Of a DNA stretch of 32,000 nucleotides, positions 21,523 through 30,387 are shown piece by piece. Where the stretch lies: assembly GCA_963675915.1 (NCBI GenBank), contig OY780959.1:390001-422000 (forward strand), given 5' to 3'. The stretch comes from Coprobacillaceae bacterium (GTDB taxonomy: Bacteria > Bacillota_I > Bacilli_A > Erysipelotrichales > Coprobacillaceae). Within the stretch, counting starts at the first letter, position 1. The number at the start of each line of letters is the position of its first letter. The position numbers were made by a program, and so were the translations under genes. The notes beneath the pieces are model-generated. The model searched no databases. It was not told the origin of the DNA and saw only the letters and a program-made list of their open reading frames with translations.

Positions 21523-22014
21523 GTGAAAAGTAGAATGATGACGGTATTTGAATTATTTCTGGTTTTGGGTGGTCTGGTCGCTTCACTGGTGGTGGCGATG
21601 TATTTGATCTTTGCCGGGGGACTGACTTACAACGTTTATGATTTTTTCTTGCATGAAACGTGGCAGACTCCGACACTGTTGGAGTTCATCATTTTCATCT
21701 TTATCGACTTAACTGTGGTCGGGGCCCTTTTCTGGTTTGCGTTTCTTTCCAAGATAAACGATATCCTGAAAGCTGTCGCTCTGGCATTTGTCATATCATA
21801 TCTGTTTTTTACCATCATGTGGCTGGCTGATCACGATGCCCTGAATAACAGTATGGCCTTTTATGGTTTCAATTTCGTCTTGTTGATATTTGGCAGTATC
21901 GGTCTGACTCGATTTTTCAAAAATCACCATCTGTCCTGGCACTATTATTTCACGGTTATCGCTCTGGCGATTATCGGTTTTATGGCCAATTTTAGCGCCT
22001 TTATGGGTAGTTAA
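21523..22014 (+). CDS. 4-TM membrane protein, divergent 'WxYYF' family member, copy 4
   Basis: GTG start with an AAGGTGA RBS. The C-terminal LSWHYYFTVIALAIIGF aligns with ATWHYYFAVAVGVGIM of 12238-12654. Confidence 0.7.
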   Translation: MKSRMMTVFELFLVLGGLVASLVVAMYLIFAGGLTYNVYDFFLHETWQTPTLLEFIIFIFIDLTVVGALFWFAFLSKINDILKAVALAFVISYLFFTIMWLADHDALNNSMAFYGFNFVLLIFGSIGLTRFFKNHHLSWHYYFTVIALAIIGFMANFSAFMGS

Positions 22015-22188
22015 TAAATTTGCGACATCTTGATGGTGGTAAAAATCACAATTTGAGATTTGGAGACGAGGTTGATTTAATGAAAAAACCTTTGCCAGGA
22101 ATGACTAAACTGCTTGGAACAATAACCTTGCCTTATGCTATCGCGAGGTGCTCAAAGTTGGCAGTAGAGTGATAAAGCTCATTGGAAA

Positions 22189-22626
22189 ATGTCCTGGAAT
22201 ATGTCTTTGGACTTCCAGTTTAAACTGTGGATGATTATGGCGATAGTAACGGTTTTGAAAGGGGTAGGCCTCGTTGATAACAACGAAGTTAAGACTCTTT
22301 GTCAAAGTTATCTAATTGAAATGGAAGACACTCTTGAGAGATACTTCACTCAAAACCATCTTGCAGATTTTCTTGAAAGTTATGAAGACAATCTTTTGTT
22401 TTATAGCTGCCTTAATAATAACCGGGTAGAACAGGTTGAAAGTCTTTATATGACTGATCCGGATATTGATGGATTTGATTTTTTCTTCCCGATTCGGTTG
22501 AGCAATGATAAATGGGTGGAAATATACGGTATGGCATCGCTGGTGAGGGGGACATGCTCGGTTCTTTCGAGTTTGACCCGGTCAGTCAAAAAGTGCTCTT
22601 TGAATGATTTTATATTTGAATATTAA
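22189..22626 (+). CDS. hypothetical acidic cytoplasmic protein (start uncertain)
   Basis: Long ORF followed by a strong terminator. I saw no recognisable motifs and no clear SD at the listed start. Confidence 0.5.
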   Translation: MSWNMSLDFQFKLWMIMAIVTVLKGVGLVDNNEVKTLCQSYLIEMEDTLERYFTQNHLADFLESYEDNLLFYSCLNNNRVEQVESLYMTDPDIDGFDFFFPIRLSNDKWVEIYGMASLVRGTCSVLSSLTRSVKKCSLNDFIFEY

Positions 22627-22644
22627 TATTTTAAGCAGCTGCAG

Positions 22645-22668
22645 TCCGATATATCCATATCGGATTTT
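22645..22668 (+). terminator. intrinsic terminator
   Basis: TCCGATAT (22645-22652), loop ATCC, ATATCGGA (22657-22664), then TTTT. Confidence 0.8.
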
Positions 22669-22859
22669 ATTATTGGCAAAACCGGTGATTTTGGAGTTGA
22701 TTGAAAACTCGCTTTTTCTAAAGAAATAATTAAAATTCATGATGAATATTTATAGCTTTAGACTTATATGATATTATGAGTTAGATTGGATTTGACTAGT
22801 GAGTTTACTGGTTTTACCGTCAAGTTGATCAAATAATTTATTATCTGAAGGGGAATAAT

Positions 22860-24206
22860 ATGAATAAAAAAAATGTATTTAAGGATCTCGCGTTCTGGAT
22901 GATTGGATTTGGAATGATAATCGGACTGATTTTCCCGATTTTTGTCATTTCAGTTACTCAAGCTCCGGAAGGTGATATTATCAAACCGAGTTTTTTCATT
23001 CTCTGCATCCTGGCGGGAATCGTGGTAGGATTGTTCAATATCATGCTGGCCAAGACCGTGGTTGAAAACAAAATGAAGCAACTTTCCCGCCATATGAAGC
23101 ATGTTGAAAATAGAATCATGGAGAAAGTTGATAATATTAGCGGTGATGATTGCATGGAAGATAGTTGCTATATCGAGGTGGAGAGTGATGATGCCATCGG
23201 CCAAAGCGCCCACTCCTTCAATGCCCTGGTAAAAACCCTGGCCTATGCATTTCAAACCGAAAAGAATGTCAAGAACTATACTGAAATGCTTTCAAGCATT
23301 CTCAATCTTGATCAACTGGCTGAAGAAGCTTTGTTGAAACTGCTGAATATATTTGATGCTTTTGGCGGAGCAATCGTATTGGTGCGGGAAGGCAATATGG
23401 AAGTTGCCAGTTCTCATGGTATCAAGACCCCGGAAACTTTGCTTGCAAGTGACCTGTTCTGGAACGTCATGAAGGAAAAACGCAGTGAAGTGTTAAAACT
23501 CCCTGAAGACATCGTCCTCAATGGCGCTTTGGTCGATTTTAGACCCAAGTACGTTCTGTTCGAACCGATCATTTACAAGGATGAAGTCCTGGGAGCGATT
23601 GTTCTAGCTGGAGTGAGTGAATACGATAATGAAAACACCAGCAACATCCATCTGTTTGGCCAAGGTCTGGCCTTGGCTTTTAAAAACGCCATTGCCCATG
23701 AACAGTTGCAAAAACTGGCTTCGAAAGATCCCCTGACCGGAATCTATAACCGCCGTTCTGGCTTGGAAAGATTCCATGATGAGTATATCCGCACCAAAAG
23801 AACCAACGAGCCGCTGGGAGTACTGATGTTCGATATCGACCATTTCAAAAAAGTCAACGATACCTATGGTCATCTAATTGGAGACAAGGTCCTGATTGAA
23901 GTGACCAAGGTTGTCTCGTCACTGCTTCGCGCCGGAGATATCTTCATGCGATATGGCGGAGAAGAATTTGTCATTGTCGTGATGGATTCAACCCGTAAGG
24001 ACCTGCTGATCGTAGCCGAGCGGATCCGGGCTGGAATTGAAGAACTTGAAATCCTTCATAACAACCATCACTTGAAAGTAACGGTAAGTATCGGTATTGG
24101 CGTCTGTCAGGAGCATCGTCTTGAAGACAGCATGCAACTGCTCAATATTGCTGATTATAAGTTGTATCAAGCTAAGGAATCGGGCCGTAATCAAGTTGTT
24201 ATCTAA
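22860..24206 (+). CDS. membrane-anchored GAF-GGDEF diguanylate cyclase
   Basis: Two N-terminal TM segments and a central GAF-like region. The GGDEF domain has an active-site RYGGEEF and an RAGD I-site 5 residues upstream. GAAGGGGA RBS. Confidence 0.9.
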   Translation: MNKKNVFKDLAFWMIGFGMIIGLIFPIFVISVTQAPEGDIIKPSFFILCILAGIVVGLFNIMLAKTVVENKMKQLSRHMKHVENRIMEKVDNISGDDCMEDSCYIEVESDDAIGQSAHSFNALVKTLAYAFQTEKNVKNYTEMLSSILNLDQLAEEALLKLLNIFDAFGGAIVLVREGNMEVASSHGIKTPETLLASDLFWNVMKEKRSEVLKLPEDIVLNGALVDFRPKYVLFEPIIYKDEVLGAIVLAGVSEYDNENTSNIHLFGQGLALAFKNAIAHEQLQKLASKDPLTGIYNRRSGLERFHDEYIRTKRTNEPLGVLMFDIDHFKKVNDTYGHLIGDKVLIEVTKVVSSLLRAGDIFMRYGGEEFVIVVMDSTRKDLLIVAERIRAGIEELEILHNNHHLKVTVSIGIGVCQEHRLEDSMQLLNIADYKLYQAKESGRNQVVI

Positions 24207-24250
24207 ACGCTCTAATATCATTATCCAACGTTACGTAATTGAATGTTGAG

Positions 24251-24285
24251 GACAAACCGATGCAAAACAGGTTTGTCTTTTGTTG
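24251..24285 (+). terminator. intrinsic terminator after the cyclase gene
   Basis: GACAAACC (24251-24258) pairs with GGTTTGTC (24270-24277), followed by a TTTTGTTG tail. Confidence 0.7.
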
Positions 24286-24315
24286 TTATCTAGGTGTAAG
24301 CCCTTTCCTATTTTA

Positions 24316-24344
24316 TTGAGAGATAATTTGATATGTGATAGAAT
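24316..24344 (+). promoter_or_regulatory. candidate sigma-A promoter of the SDR gene
   Basis: TTGAGA (24316-24321), 17-nt spacer, TAGAAT (24339-24344). Confidence 0.5.
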
Positions 24345-24406
24345 ATTTATGAAGATAAATTATATATTATTCATCAGTTATGACAATTAGATAAGGAGGT
24401 CATAAT

Positions 24407-25171
24407 ATGTACGATTTAACAGGAAAAGTAGTAGTTGTCACCGGAGCCTCAGCAGGTATGGGTGAAGAAATTGTGCGACTTTTTGTGCACCATGGAGCCA
24501 GTGTGGTAGCGACAGCTAGGCGTAAAGAGCGACTGGATGCGTTGGTTGCTTCGCTTAAAGATGAACCGGGAAAGGTTGTTGCTTTTAGTGGCGATGTTTC
24601 CAAGCGAGAAGAAGCTGAAGGTATGATTGATGCGGCAGTTGATAATTTTGGCAAACTTGATTTGCTGGTTAACAATGCCGGGGTTATGGATGACATGGCA
24701 CCAATGGCTGATGTTTCTGATGAGAAGTTTGAGCATGTTATGGCTGTCAACGTCTACGGACCGATGGCAACCATGCGCAAGGCTTGTCAGGTATTTTTGA
24801 ATCAAGGTAAGGGAGGGAATATCATCAACATTTCCTCAATCGGATCGATGCACCAGGCAGCCGGACCGCTCTACTGTGCTTCCAAAGCGGCCTTGAATGC
24901 CCTGGGTAAGAACACTTCCTTTATGTATCAAAAAGAAGGCATTCGCTGCAACATGATTGCCCCTGGTGGCATCCAAAACACCGAAATTGGGGCGGCAATG
25001 GGGACTCCAAACATGGAAGGATATAATAAGATTCAAGGAGTGTTGAATTTGGCCCCTCCTCCAGGAGAACCTTCCGACATCGCTAAAGTAGCATTGTTCC
25101 TGGCTAGCGATGAATCCAGTTACATCAACGGAGCGGTCATTCCTGTTGATGGCGGTTGGATTGCTTTCTAA
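24407..25171 (+). CDS. SDR-family (short-chain dehydrogenase/reductase) oxidoreductase
   Basis: TGASAGMG cofactor motif, NNAG, and the YCASKAA catalytic motif. AAGGAGG RBS. Confidence 0.9.
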   Translation: MYDLTGKVVVVTGASAGMGEEIVRLFVHHGASVVATARRKERLDALVASLKDEPGKVVAFSGDVSKREEAEGMIDAAVDNFGKLDLLVNNAGVMDDMAPMADVSDEKFEHVMAVNVYGPMATMRKACQVFLNQGKGGNIINISSIGSMHQAAGPLYCASKAALNALGKNTSFMYQKEGIRCNMIAPGGIQNTEIGAAMGTPNMEGYNKIQGVLNLAPPPGEPSDIAKVALFLASDESSYINGAVIPVDGGWIAF

Positions 25172-25230
25172 AAACTTCAAAGAAAGTATGGCATTATTGG
25201 TTTTATAATTAAATGCATCACAATATTGAA

Positions 25231-25275
25231 CTGATCCCGATTATTTGAAAAAACAAATGGTCGAGGTCAGTTTTT
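25231..25275 (+). terminator. imperfect intrinsic terminator after the SDR gene
   Basis: CTGATCCCGATTATTTG pairs with CAAATGGTCGAGGTCAG (one mismatch, several G-U pairs), loop AAAAAA, then TTTTT. Confidence 0.55.
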
Positions 25276-25400
25276 AGCTATTTTCTTTCCAATCAGTCAA
25301 GATTGCTTTTAGTTGGGTTGTCTAATTGTTTGAATCAATAATCTGTAATATTGACCCTTGAACCGCTATAATTTATAAATGTATACTCAAATAATTAACT

Positions 25401-26174
25401 ATGTTAAGATTAAATGGAATATTATTTAATTATCGCAAGGGGGAGCGGAGATTGGAAAAAGTCAGAGGTACATTGATTCCGGCATTCATTTTGTTTCTTG
25501 CAGGGCTCTTATATTTGATGATGTTTGTGATGTGTGTCATTCCCGCAATTCAACCCGACTATTTTCAGGGACTGGTTTATCTGATTCCTTATACGATTTA
25601 TCTCTTTTTTGCCGTATTGGCATCTAAAAAGAGAATTAATAAGTTCATCACTATTTTGGTATCCCTGGCTTTTTCCTTGATTGCTTGGATAGTAATGCCA
25701 CTGCAGATGCTTGATATGGTTGCTTCGAACGATGCAACTATTACAGATATCAATCTATATGACCGGGTTTTGGAAGTTGTCGATTATCCGGACAATAAAC
25801 TGGTTGAATTATTTCCTGACGAAATAGCAAAAAGCCATCAGGTTGAGAGTTTCAGTTACGATCCCAGATCTTTGATGGAAGGTGAGACTCTTTTATTGGA
25901 TTTTAAAGCCAGTGAATCTGATCTCCAGGAATATGAAGAGACCTTCGATGACGCGGCAATCTGGCGAGGCGTTTATCAGGAAACGGACCGGATCGAAGAT
26001 AATTACAATGGGGGTATCCGATGGTCAAAATTTTCAGGAATATTGAACGCTGATATGCGGGTTTATTTCTTTGAGTGCCAACCAACGGATGACACCTGGA
26101 GCTATGCGAAGATATCGATGGCCGCCATAGACCGAAAGAACTTGGAAATCCTATTGTATATGGAAGATTATTGA
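25401..26174 (+). CDS. membrane protein of unknown function (3 TM plus soluble C-terminal domain), tandem paralog 1
   Basis: Paralog of 26260-26997 (DYFQGLVYLIPY vs DYIQGLIFAIPF; LEILLYMEDY vs EVLFYMEDW). The GGGGGAG RBS fits a TTG start at 25452 better than ATG 25401. Confidence 0.7.
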   Translation: MLRLNGILFNYRKGERRLEKVRGTLIPAFILFLAGLLYLMMFVMCVIPAIQPDYFQGLVYLIPYTIYLFFAVLASKKRINKFITILVSLAFSLIAWIVMPLQMLDMVASNDATITDINLYDRVLEVVDYPDNKLVELFPDEIAKSHQVESFSYDPRSLMEGETLLLDFKASESDLQEYEETFDDAAIWRGVYQETDRIEDNYNGGIRWSKFSGILNADMRVYFFECQPTDDTWSYAKISMAAIDRKNLEILLYMEDY

Positions 26175-26259
26175 TAAATTCAGTACCATCCAATTCAACC
26201 ACTAAATCCGGTTTTGCATATTAGGATAGAGACGGCCAATTGTAAAAAGATGGAGGAAA

Positions 26260-26997
26260 ATGAAAATGAAAAATAAAAAAACAACATCACTACTGGTCAT
26301 TTTGACAGTGATATCGTTTATCTGTTTTGTACTGGTATTTGGATTTTATGTCTATACATCATTTGATCCTGATTACATTCAAGGTTTGATTTTTGCCATT
26401 CCTTTTGGAGCGTTTTTGGGGATAACAATCCTGGAAAACAAGAAAATAATCGGAAAAACTGTCGCAAATGTTTTTGCCGTGATTGTATTTATCTTCTCGA
26501 TGATCGCTATGCCTTTGAACTTGATGGCGATCGCTTTTGATGAAGCCACAACTTCTGTAAGTGATGTCTCAAAATATGAAAGAGTCTTGAAAACGGTCGG
26601 ATACCCTGATAATGAATTGGTAAGAAATTTTCCCAATCAGATGCCCGAATCCTACAAGCTAATCAATTTCAGGTATAATGCGGCTTTTATGCAGGCTGAT
26701 GAAGAATTGATCCTGGATTATCAAACCGATCATGACAATTTAATGGAATTAACCGATAAATTTTCAAATGCTGTAATATGGTCGGGAACCGTGGCTGACC
26801 CGGAATTCCAGAACAACGGTTTGGATACTCTGGATTTTCGCTGGTTAATGGAAAAAAATCAAGTTCCAGCTGATTTGGTCATCTATTTGTTTTTTAGCGA
26901 ACCAGTTAATGGCGGTTATACTAATCACGCCAGATTTTCATTAAGCGCGATCAGTTATACAAATAATGAAGTCCTGTTTTACATGGAAGACTGGTGA
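26260..26997 (+). CDS. membrane protein of unknown function, tandem paralog 2
   Basis: Same architecture as 25401-26174. The GGAGGA RBS spacing favours the second ATG at 26266. Confidence 0.75.
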   Translation: MKMKNKKTTSLLVILTVISFICFVLVFGFYVYTSFDPDYIQGLIFAIPFGAFLGITILENKKIIGKTVANVFAVIVFIFSMIAMPLNLMAIAFDEATTSVSDVSKYERVLKTVGYPDNELVRNFPNQMPESYKLINFRYNAAFMQADEELILDYQTDHDNLMELTDKFSNAVIWSGTVADPEFQNNGLDTLDFRWLMEKNQVPADLVIYLFFSEPVNGGYTNHARFSLSAISYTNNEVLFYMEDW

Positions 26998-27205
26998 TAA
27001 GTTTTTATTATTTGACTTTATTAGTCAAAATTATCAAGAGATTCACTCCTAAGAAAAGACAGCTGGCGATCTTGCCGGTTCATATCTGAAACGCTCCAAT
27101 TATTTGTGGCGTTTTTTAAATTCGGTCCTTGAAAATAAAGATGGTGGGGCTCAAAAATATTTGAATATTACAATCTGTCAGATTTGCACGCTCGGACCCT
27201 TGGGC

Positions 27206-27239
27206 ATAAAAAAACTGAAGAATCTTTATTCTTCAGTTT
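27206..27239 (-). terminator. intrinsic terminator of the cold-shock genes
   Basis: AAACTGAAGAAT (27212-27223) pairs with ATTCTTCAGTTT (27228-27239). The plus-strand A-run at 27208-27214 gives a U-run on the minus strand. Confidence 0.85.
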
Positions 27240-27261
27240 GAAAAGTTACATAATTATTAAA

Positions 27262-27468
27262 TTAGATTACTGTAACGTTTGCGGCTTTTTCTCCGCGACC
27301 GTTATCATCCAAAATGTCAAATTGCACTTTGTCACCATCTCTTAAAGCTTTGAATCCTTCAGTTTGGATTGCTGAGAAGTGAACAAATACATCTTGCTTG
27401 TCGGCGTCTTTAGTAATAAATCCATAGCCTTTTTCTTTGTCGAACCACTTAACTGTTCCTGTATTCAT
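27262..27468 (-). CDS. cold-shock protein (CspA family)
   Basis: [15 protein letters not shown] (RNP1) and VFVHFSAI (RNP2). 68 aa. AGGAGG RBS. Confidence 0.95.
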   Translation of the reverse strand: MNTGTVKWFDKEKGYGFITKDADKQDVFVHFSAIQTEGFKALRDGDKVQFDILDDNGRGEKAANVTVI

Positions 27469-27544
27469 TATCTGAATACCTCCTATTATTTTTTAGAATT
27501 GATTTGATCCCGACTTACCTAGCGGAAGTTAGAATCCTGCAAGA

Positions 27545-27748
27545 CTAAATTTCTTTAACGTTGATTGCGTTTTCGCCACGATCAGTTTCAACTGTATCGA
27601 ATTCTACTTTAGCACCTTCGTTAAGTTTTTTGAATCCGCTTGAAGCGATTCCTGAGAAATGTACGAAAATATCTTTGTTGCTTTCGTCACTTGTAATAAA
27701 TCCAAAACCTTTTTCTTCGTTAAACCATTTTACTGTTCCTGTACTCAT
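27545..27748 (-). CDS. cold-shock protein (CspA family)
   Basis: [15 protein letters not shown] and IFVHFSGI. 67 aa. AGGAGG RBS. Confidence 0.95.
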   Translation of the reverse strand: MSTGTVKWFNEEKGFGFITSDESNKDIFVHFSGIASSGFKKLNEGAKVEFDTVETDRGENAINVKEI

Positions 27749-28217
27749 TGTATGATGTACCTCCTATTTTCTAATAAAAAGCGATTTATAAAAAAACGAT
27801 GGCACCAGACTTTAATGTGCTAGAATAGACAAAAAAGTGGGTGACCATCGTTATTGAATATTATTGCTGGTTATTAATATTATTAGAACATATAAAATGC
27901 TATTTTGCAAGATATATTCGAATTATTTTTAATAATTGCTGATATATTTCCAGTTAATGGCAGAAAATAGAGCGCTAGATGCCTGTTTGATATATCTGCC
28001 AGGGATATTTTTGCAATTTCTTCTTCGTATTTGTCGGGGTTAAGTGGCTGTGATAAAAATAAAAACATCAATTTTAGCAAATCAATTGTCATTATAAAAC
28101 TGGTTCATGATTATTATTTTCGGTGTTATTGCTATGTAATGGCGGGGTTTGGAAAATGGTTGAGAAGAATTGTCAACCAAAATCACCAAATCAAATCCCC
28201 GGTACAAAGACAATATA

Positions 28218-28242
28218 AAAAAGTCCCGGCAAGGGGACTTTT
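28218..28242 (-). terminator. terminator hairpin downstream of tRNA-Thr
   Basis: AAAAGTCCC (28218-28226), loop GGCAAG... and GGGACTTTT (28234-28242). A/T runs flank both sides, so it may act in both directions. Confidence 0.65.
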
Positions 28243-28256
28243 GAGTTGAAAAATTA

Positions 28257-28332
28257 TGGTGCCGATGACAAGATTTGAACTTGCGACCTGACCCTTACCA
28301 TGGGCCTGCTCTACCAGCTGAGCTACAACGGC
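28257..28332 (-). tRNA. tRNA-Thr (anticodon GGU), CCA encoded
   Basis: The reverse complement GCCGTTGTAGCTCAGCTGGTAGAGCAGGCCCATGGTAAGGGTCAGGTCGCAAGTTCAAATCTTGTCATCGGCACCA folds as a cloverleaf. It has a 7-bp acceptor stem (one U-U mismatch), a GCTC/GAGC D stem, a GGCCC/GGGTC anticodon stem with loop AUGGUAA, and T-loop TTCAAAT. Confidence 0.9.
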
Positions 28333-28340
28333 ATGATACC

Positions 28341-28369
28341 ATTATAAATAAATCCGCGATGATTTTCAA
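28341..28369 (-). promoter_or_regulatory. near-consensus sigma-A promoter of tRNA-Thr
   Basis: On the minus strand: TTGAAA (28369-28364), 17-nt spacer, TATAAT (28346-28341), ending 8 nt before the mature tRNA 5' end. Confidence 0.65.
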
Positions 28370-28503
28370 CAAAAAAAATCAGTTTGGCGAACTTTTTTAC
28401 ACTGTAAAAATCCGGAAATCAGTTTTATTCACTGATAGCGGGATAATTTGATAAATCATCTTGAAAAATATTTCCGGGAATTGCGCTTTAAGCGAATTTT
28501 GGC

Positions 28504-28559
28504 AAAAAATGACTCCCCGATATTGGACGATTTGGATGCGAGCGTGATATATCGGGGAG
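28504..28559 (-). terminator. terminator-like hairpin after the HAD hydrolase gene
   Basis: CTCCCCGATAT (28513-28523) pairs with ATATCGGGGAG (28549-28559) across a 25-nt loop. The plus-strand A-run at 28504-28509 gives a U-run on the minus strand. Confidence 0.55.
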
Positions 28560-28566
28560 CAAGTAT

Positions 28567-29325
28567 TTAATTGTTTAACAACTTCTTGATTACCATCCCA
28601 ACTCCATTCTGATCATTGGTATATTTGCTGACATGATAGGAATTTTTCAATTCATTAGGACAGTTGGCCAAGAGGATTCCGGATTTGACCAGTTCGATCA
28701 TCGGGATATCATTGTAATTGTCGCCAATGGCAACAGCCGTTTCGGGTGTCAGTCCATAGTATTGGCAGATCAAGTTGACCGCATCGGCTTTAGAGCAGTC
28801 TATTGGCGTTATTTCCGTGTACTGGGGCTTGGATTTGGCGATCGAAACCACAGTCTCAAACTGAGATAAATCAATAAAAAGAGATGATATCACCAGGATT
28901 TTGTTGACGTTTGACAAATCAATGTCATTAAAATCCACTTTGATTGGCTTGATACCTGTGATTCGCTGTTCCTCAAGACTGTAGTAGTCATGGGAATTGA
29001 TATACCAGTTGTCCTTTTGATAAATCGAAATATGAACTCCTGGTCTCTGGATTGAATCGATGATGCTTCGAACGGTGTTTGGCGGAATAGTTTTGTTGTT
29101 GATTAGTTCACCATTCTTGAAGATATAACTGCCGTTATAGGCGCAAACCGGAGTTTTGATGCCGAGTTGATCCATATAGCCGGTGATTCCCCGAGGCATC
29201 CGGGCCGAAACAATGATAAAAGGGAGTGTTGTGTCTCTGATGGCTTGGATGTTTTCGGGGCTGATTTGATGATTTGAATCGAGAAGGGTCCCGTCTAAGT
29301 CGCAGAATATCAAGTTGTAATCCAT
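28567..29325 (-). CDS. Cof-type HAD-IIB family hydrolase (sugar-phosphatase-like)
   Basis: LIFCDLDGTLL (motif I) and GDNYNDIPM (motif IV). The AGGAGA RBS favours ATG 29325 (MDYNLIF...) over the track start at 29346. Confidence 0.85.
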   Translation of the reverse strand: MDYNLIFCDLDGTLLDSNHQISPENIQAIRDTTLPFIIVSARMPRGITGYMDQLGIKTPVCAYNGSYIFKNGELINNKTIPPNTVRSIIDSIQRPGVHISIYQKDNWYINSHDYYSLEEQRITGIKPIKVDFNDIDLSNVNKILVISSLFIDLSQFETVVSIAKSKPQYTEITPIDCSKADAVNLICQYYGLTPETAVAIGDNYNDIPMIELVKSGILLANCPNELKNSYHVSKYTNDQNGVGMVIKKLLNN

Positions 29326-29442
29326 AAAATCATCTCCTTTGGTCATATTTTATCAAATACCCGATTATAAAAAAGTGACATTTATCAATTGTTGCCATTA
29401 TAAATGTCATATATAATGGAATATATGTGTGGGAGGGTTATT

Positions 29443-30387
29443 ATGCAAGCGTTGATTAAACTGATGGTTTTGGTGAGTCTGACTTTTTCGGGATGTATTT
29501 TTATGTCATATACCGACTATTCGAGAATCATCGACCGCCGCTTCTTGATTGGAGCTACATATATGGAACTCGACAAGACTTTTTTCCAGGTGATCGACAA
29601 TGAAATTACCAAGGAAGTAGAATCCCGGGGTGATCATATCATCAGCCTTGATGGCTGTCTGGATGCAACTCGTCAAATCGAGGAAATCAACTATCTGATT
29701 TCTTTGGATGTTGACTTGCTGATAATAAATCCTGTCAATGCCACGCTGCTTGAACCGGCTCTGGCTAAGGCCAAGGAGGCCGGAATCCCGGTGGTCCTGG
29801 TGGATTCAACAGTGGATGATGAAAATCTTTACAACGTCGCTGTTATCTCCGACAATTACAATGCCGGAAGACTTTGTGCCCAATATATGGAGACTCAGCT
29901 TAGCCAGGCCAATATCCTGATTCTCGATCATGACGAGGTTATCTCGGCCAATCAACGGATTCAAGGATTTGTCGATTATCTTGAAAATGATGCCAACTAC
30001 CAAATCATCAATTCAATCAACTGTCTAGGCCAAACTGATATCTCTTATCATCTAGTCAAAGAATATCTGGACCAAAATCAAGATATCGATGCTTTGATGG
30101 CCTTGAACGATACCAGTGCTCTGGGCGCTTTGGCGGCAATCAATAGTGAAAATCTGGACATCAAGGTGTATGGCGTGGATGGTTCTCCCGAAATCAAGAA
30201 ATTGCTGATCAGCAATAAAAATATCCAGGCTACGGCCGGACAGTCACCGATTCAATTGGGTCAGGGTGCCATTGAATCCGGCTATAAACTAATTTTTGAA
30301 CAAGACGTGCCCAAGATTGTCAAGATGGATGTAAGTCTGATTACCAAGGAAAACGTCAAAGATTATAATATTCTGGGGTGGCAGTAA
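29443..30387 (+). CDS. lipoprotein with a periplasmic sugar-binding (RbsB/LacI-type PBP1) fold
   Basis: ATG 29443 (GGGAGGG RBS) gives a signal peptide with lipobox TFSGC. DVDLLIINPVNATLLEPALAKAKEAGIPVVLVDS is typical of ribose-type binding proteins. Confidence 0.8.
   Translation: MQALIKLMVLVSLTFSGCIFMSYTDYSRIIDRRFLIGATYMELDKTFFQVIDNEITKEVESRGDHIISLDGCLDATRQIEEINYLISLDVDLLIINPVNATLLEPALAKAKEAGIPVVLVDSTVDDENLYNVAVISDNYNAGRLCAQYMETQLSQANILILDHDEVISANQRIQGFVDYLENDANYQIINSINCLGQTDISYHLVKEYLDQNQDIDALMALNDTSALGALAAINSENLDIKVYGVDGSPEIKKLLISNKNIQATAGQSPIQLGQGAIESGYKLIFEQDVPKIVKMDVSLITKENVKDYNILGWQ

Noticed and set aside
27905-28015. Recurring GATATAT-like words (about four copies)
   Set aside because: They are short, irregularly spaced and sit in very AT-rich DNA. 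This is compatible with chance, and they do not match any motif I know, such as the DnaA box.
27883-28092. 69-aa minus-strand ORF between csp and tRNA-Thr (and overlapping plus ORF 28031-28249)
   Set aside because: It has no SD, its ATG overlaps a TATAAT-like hexamer, and it carries no motifs. The hairpin at 27795-27852 could be its terminator, so it is not fully excluded, but the evidence is insufficient to call a gene.
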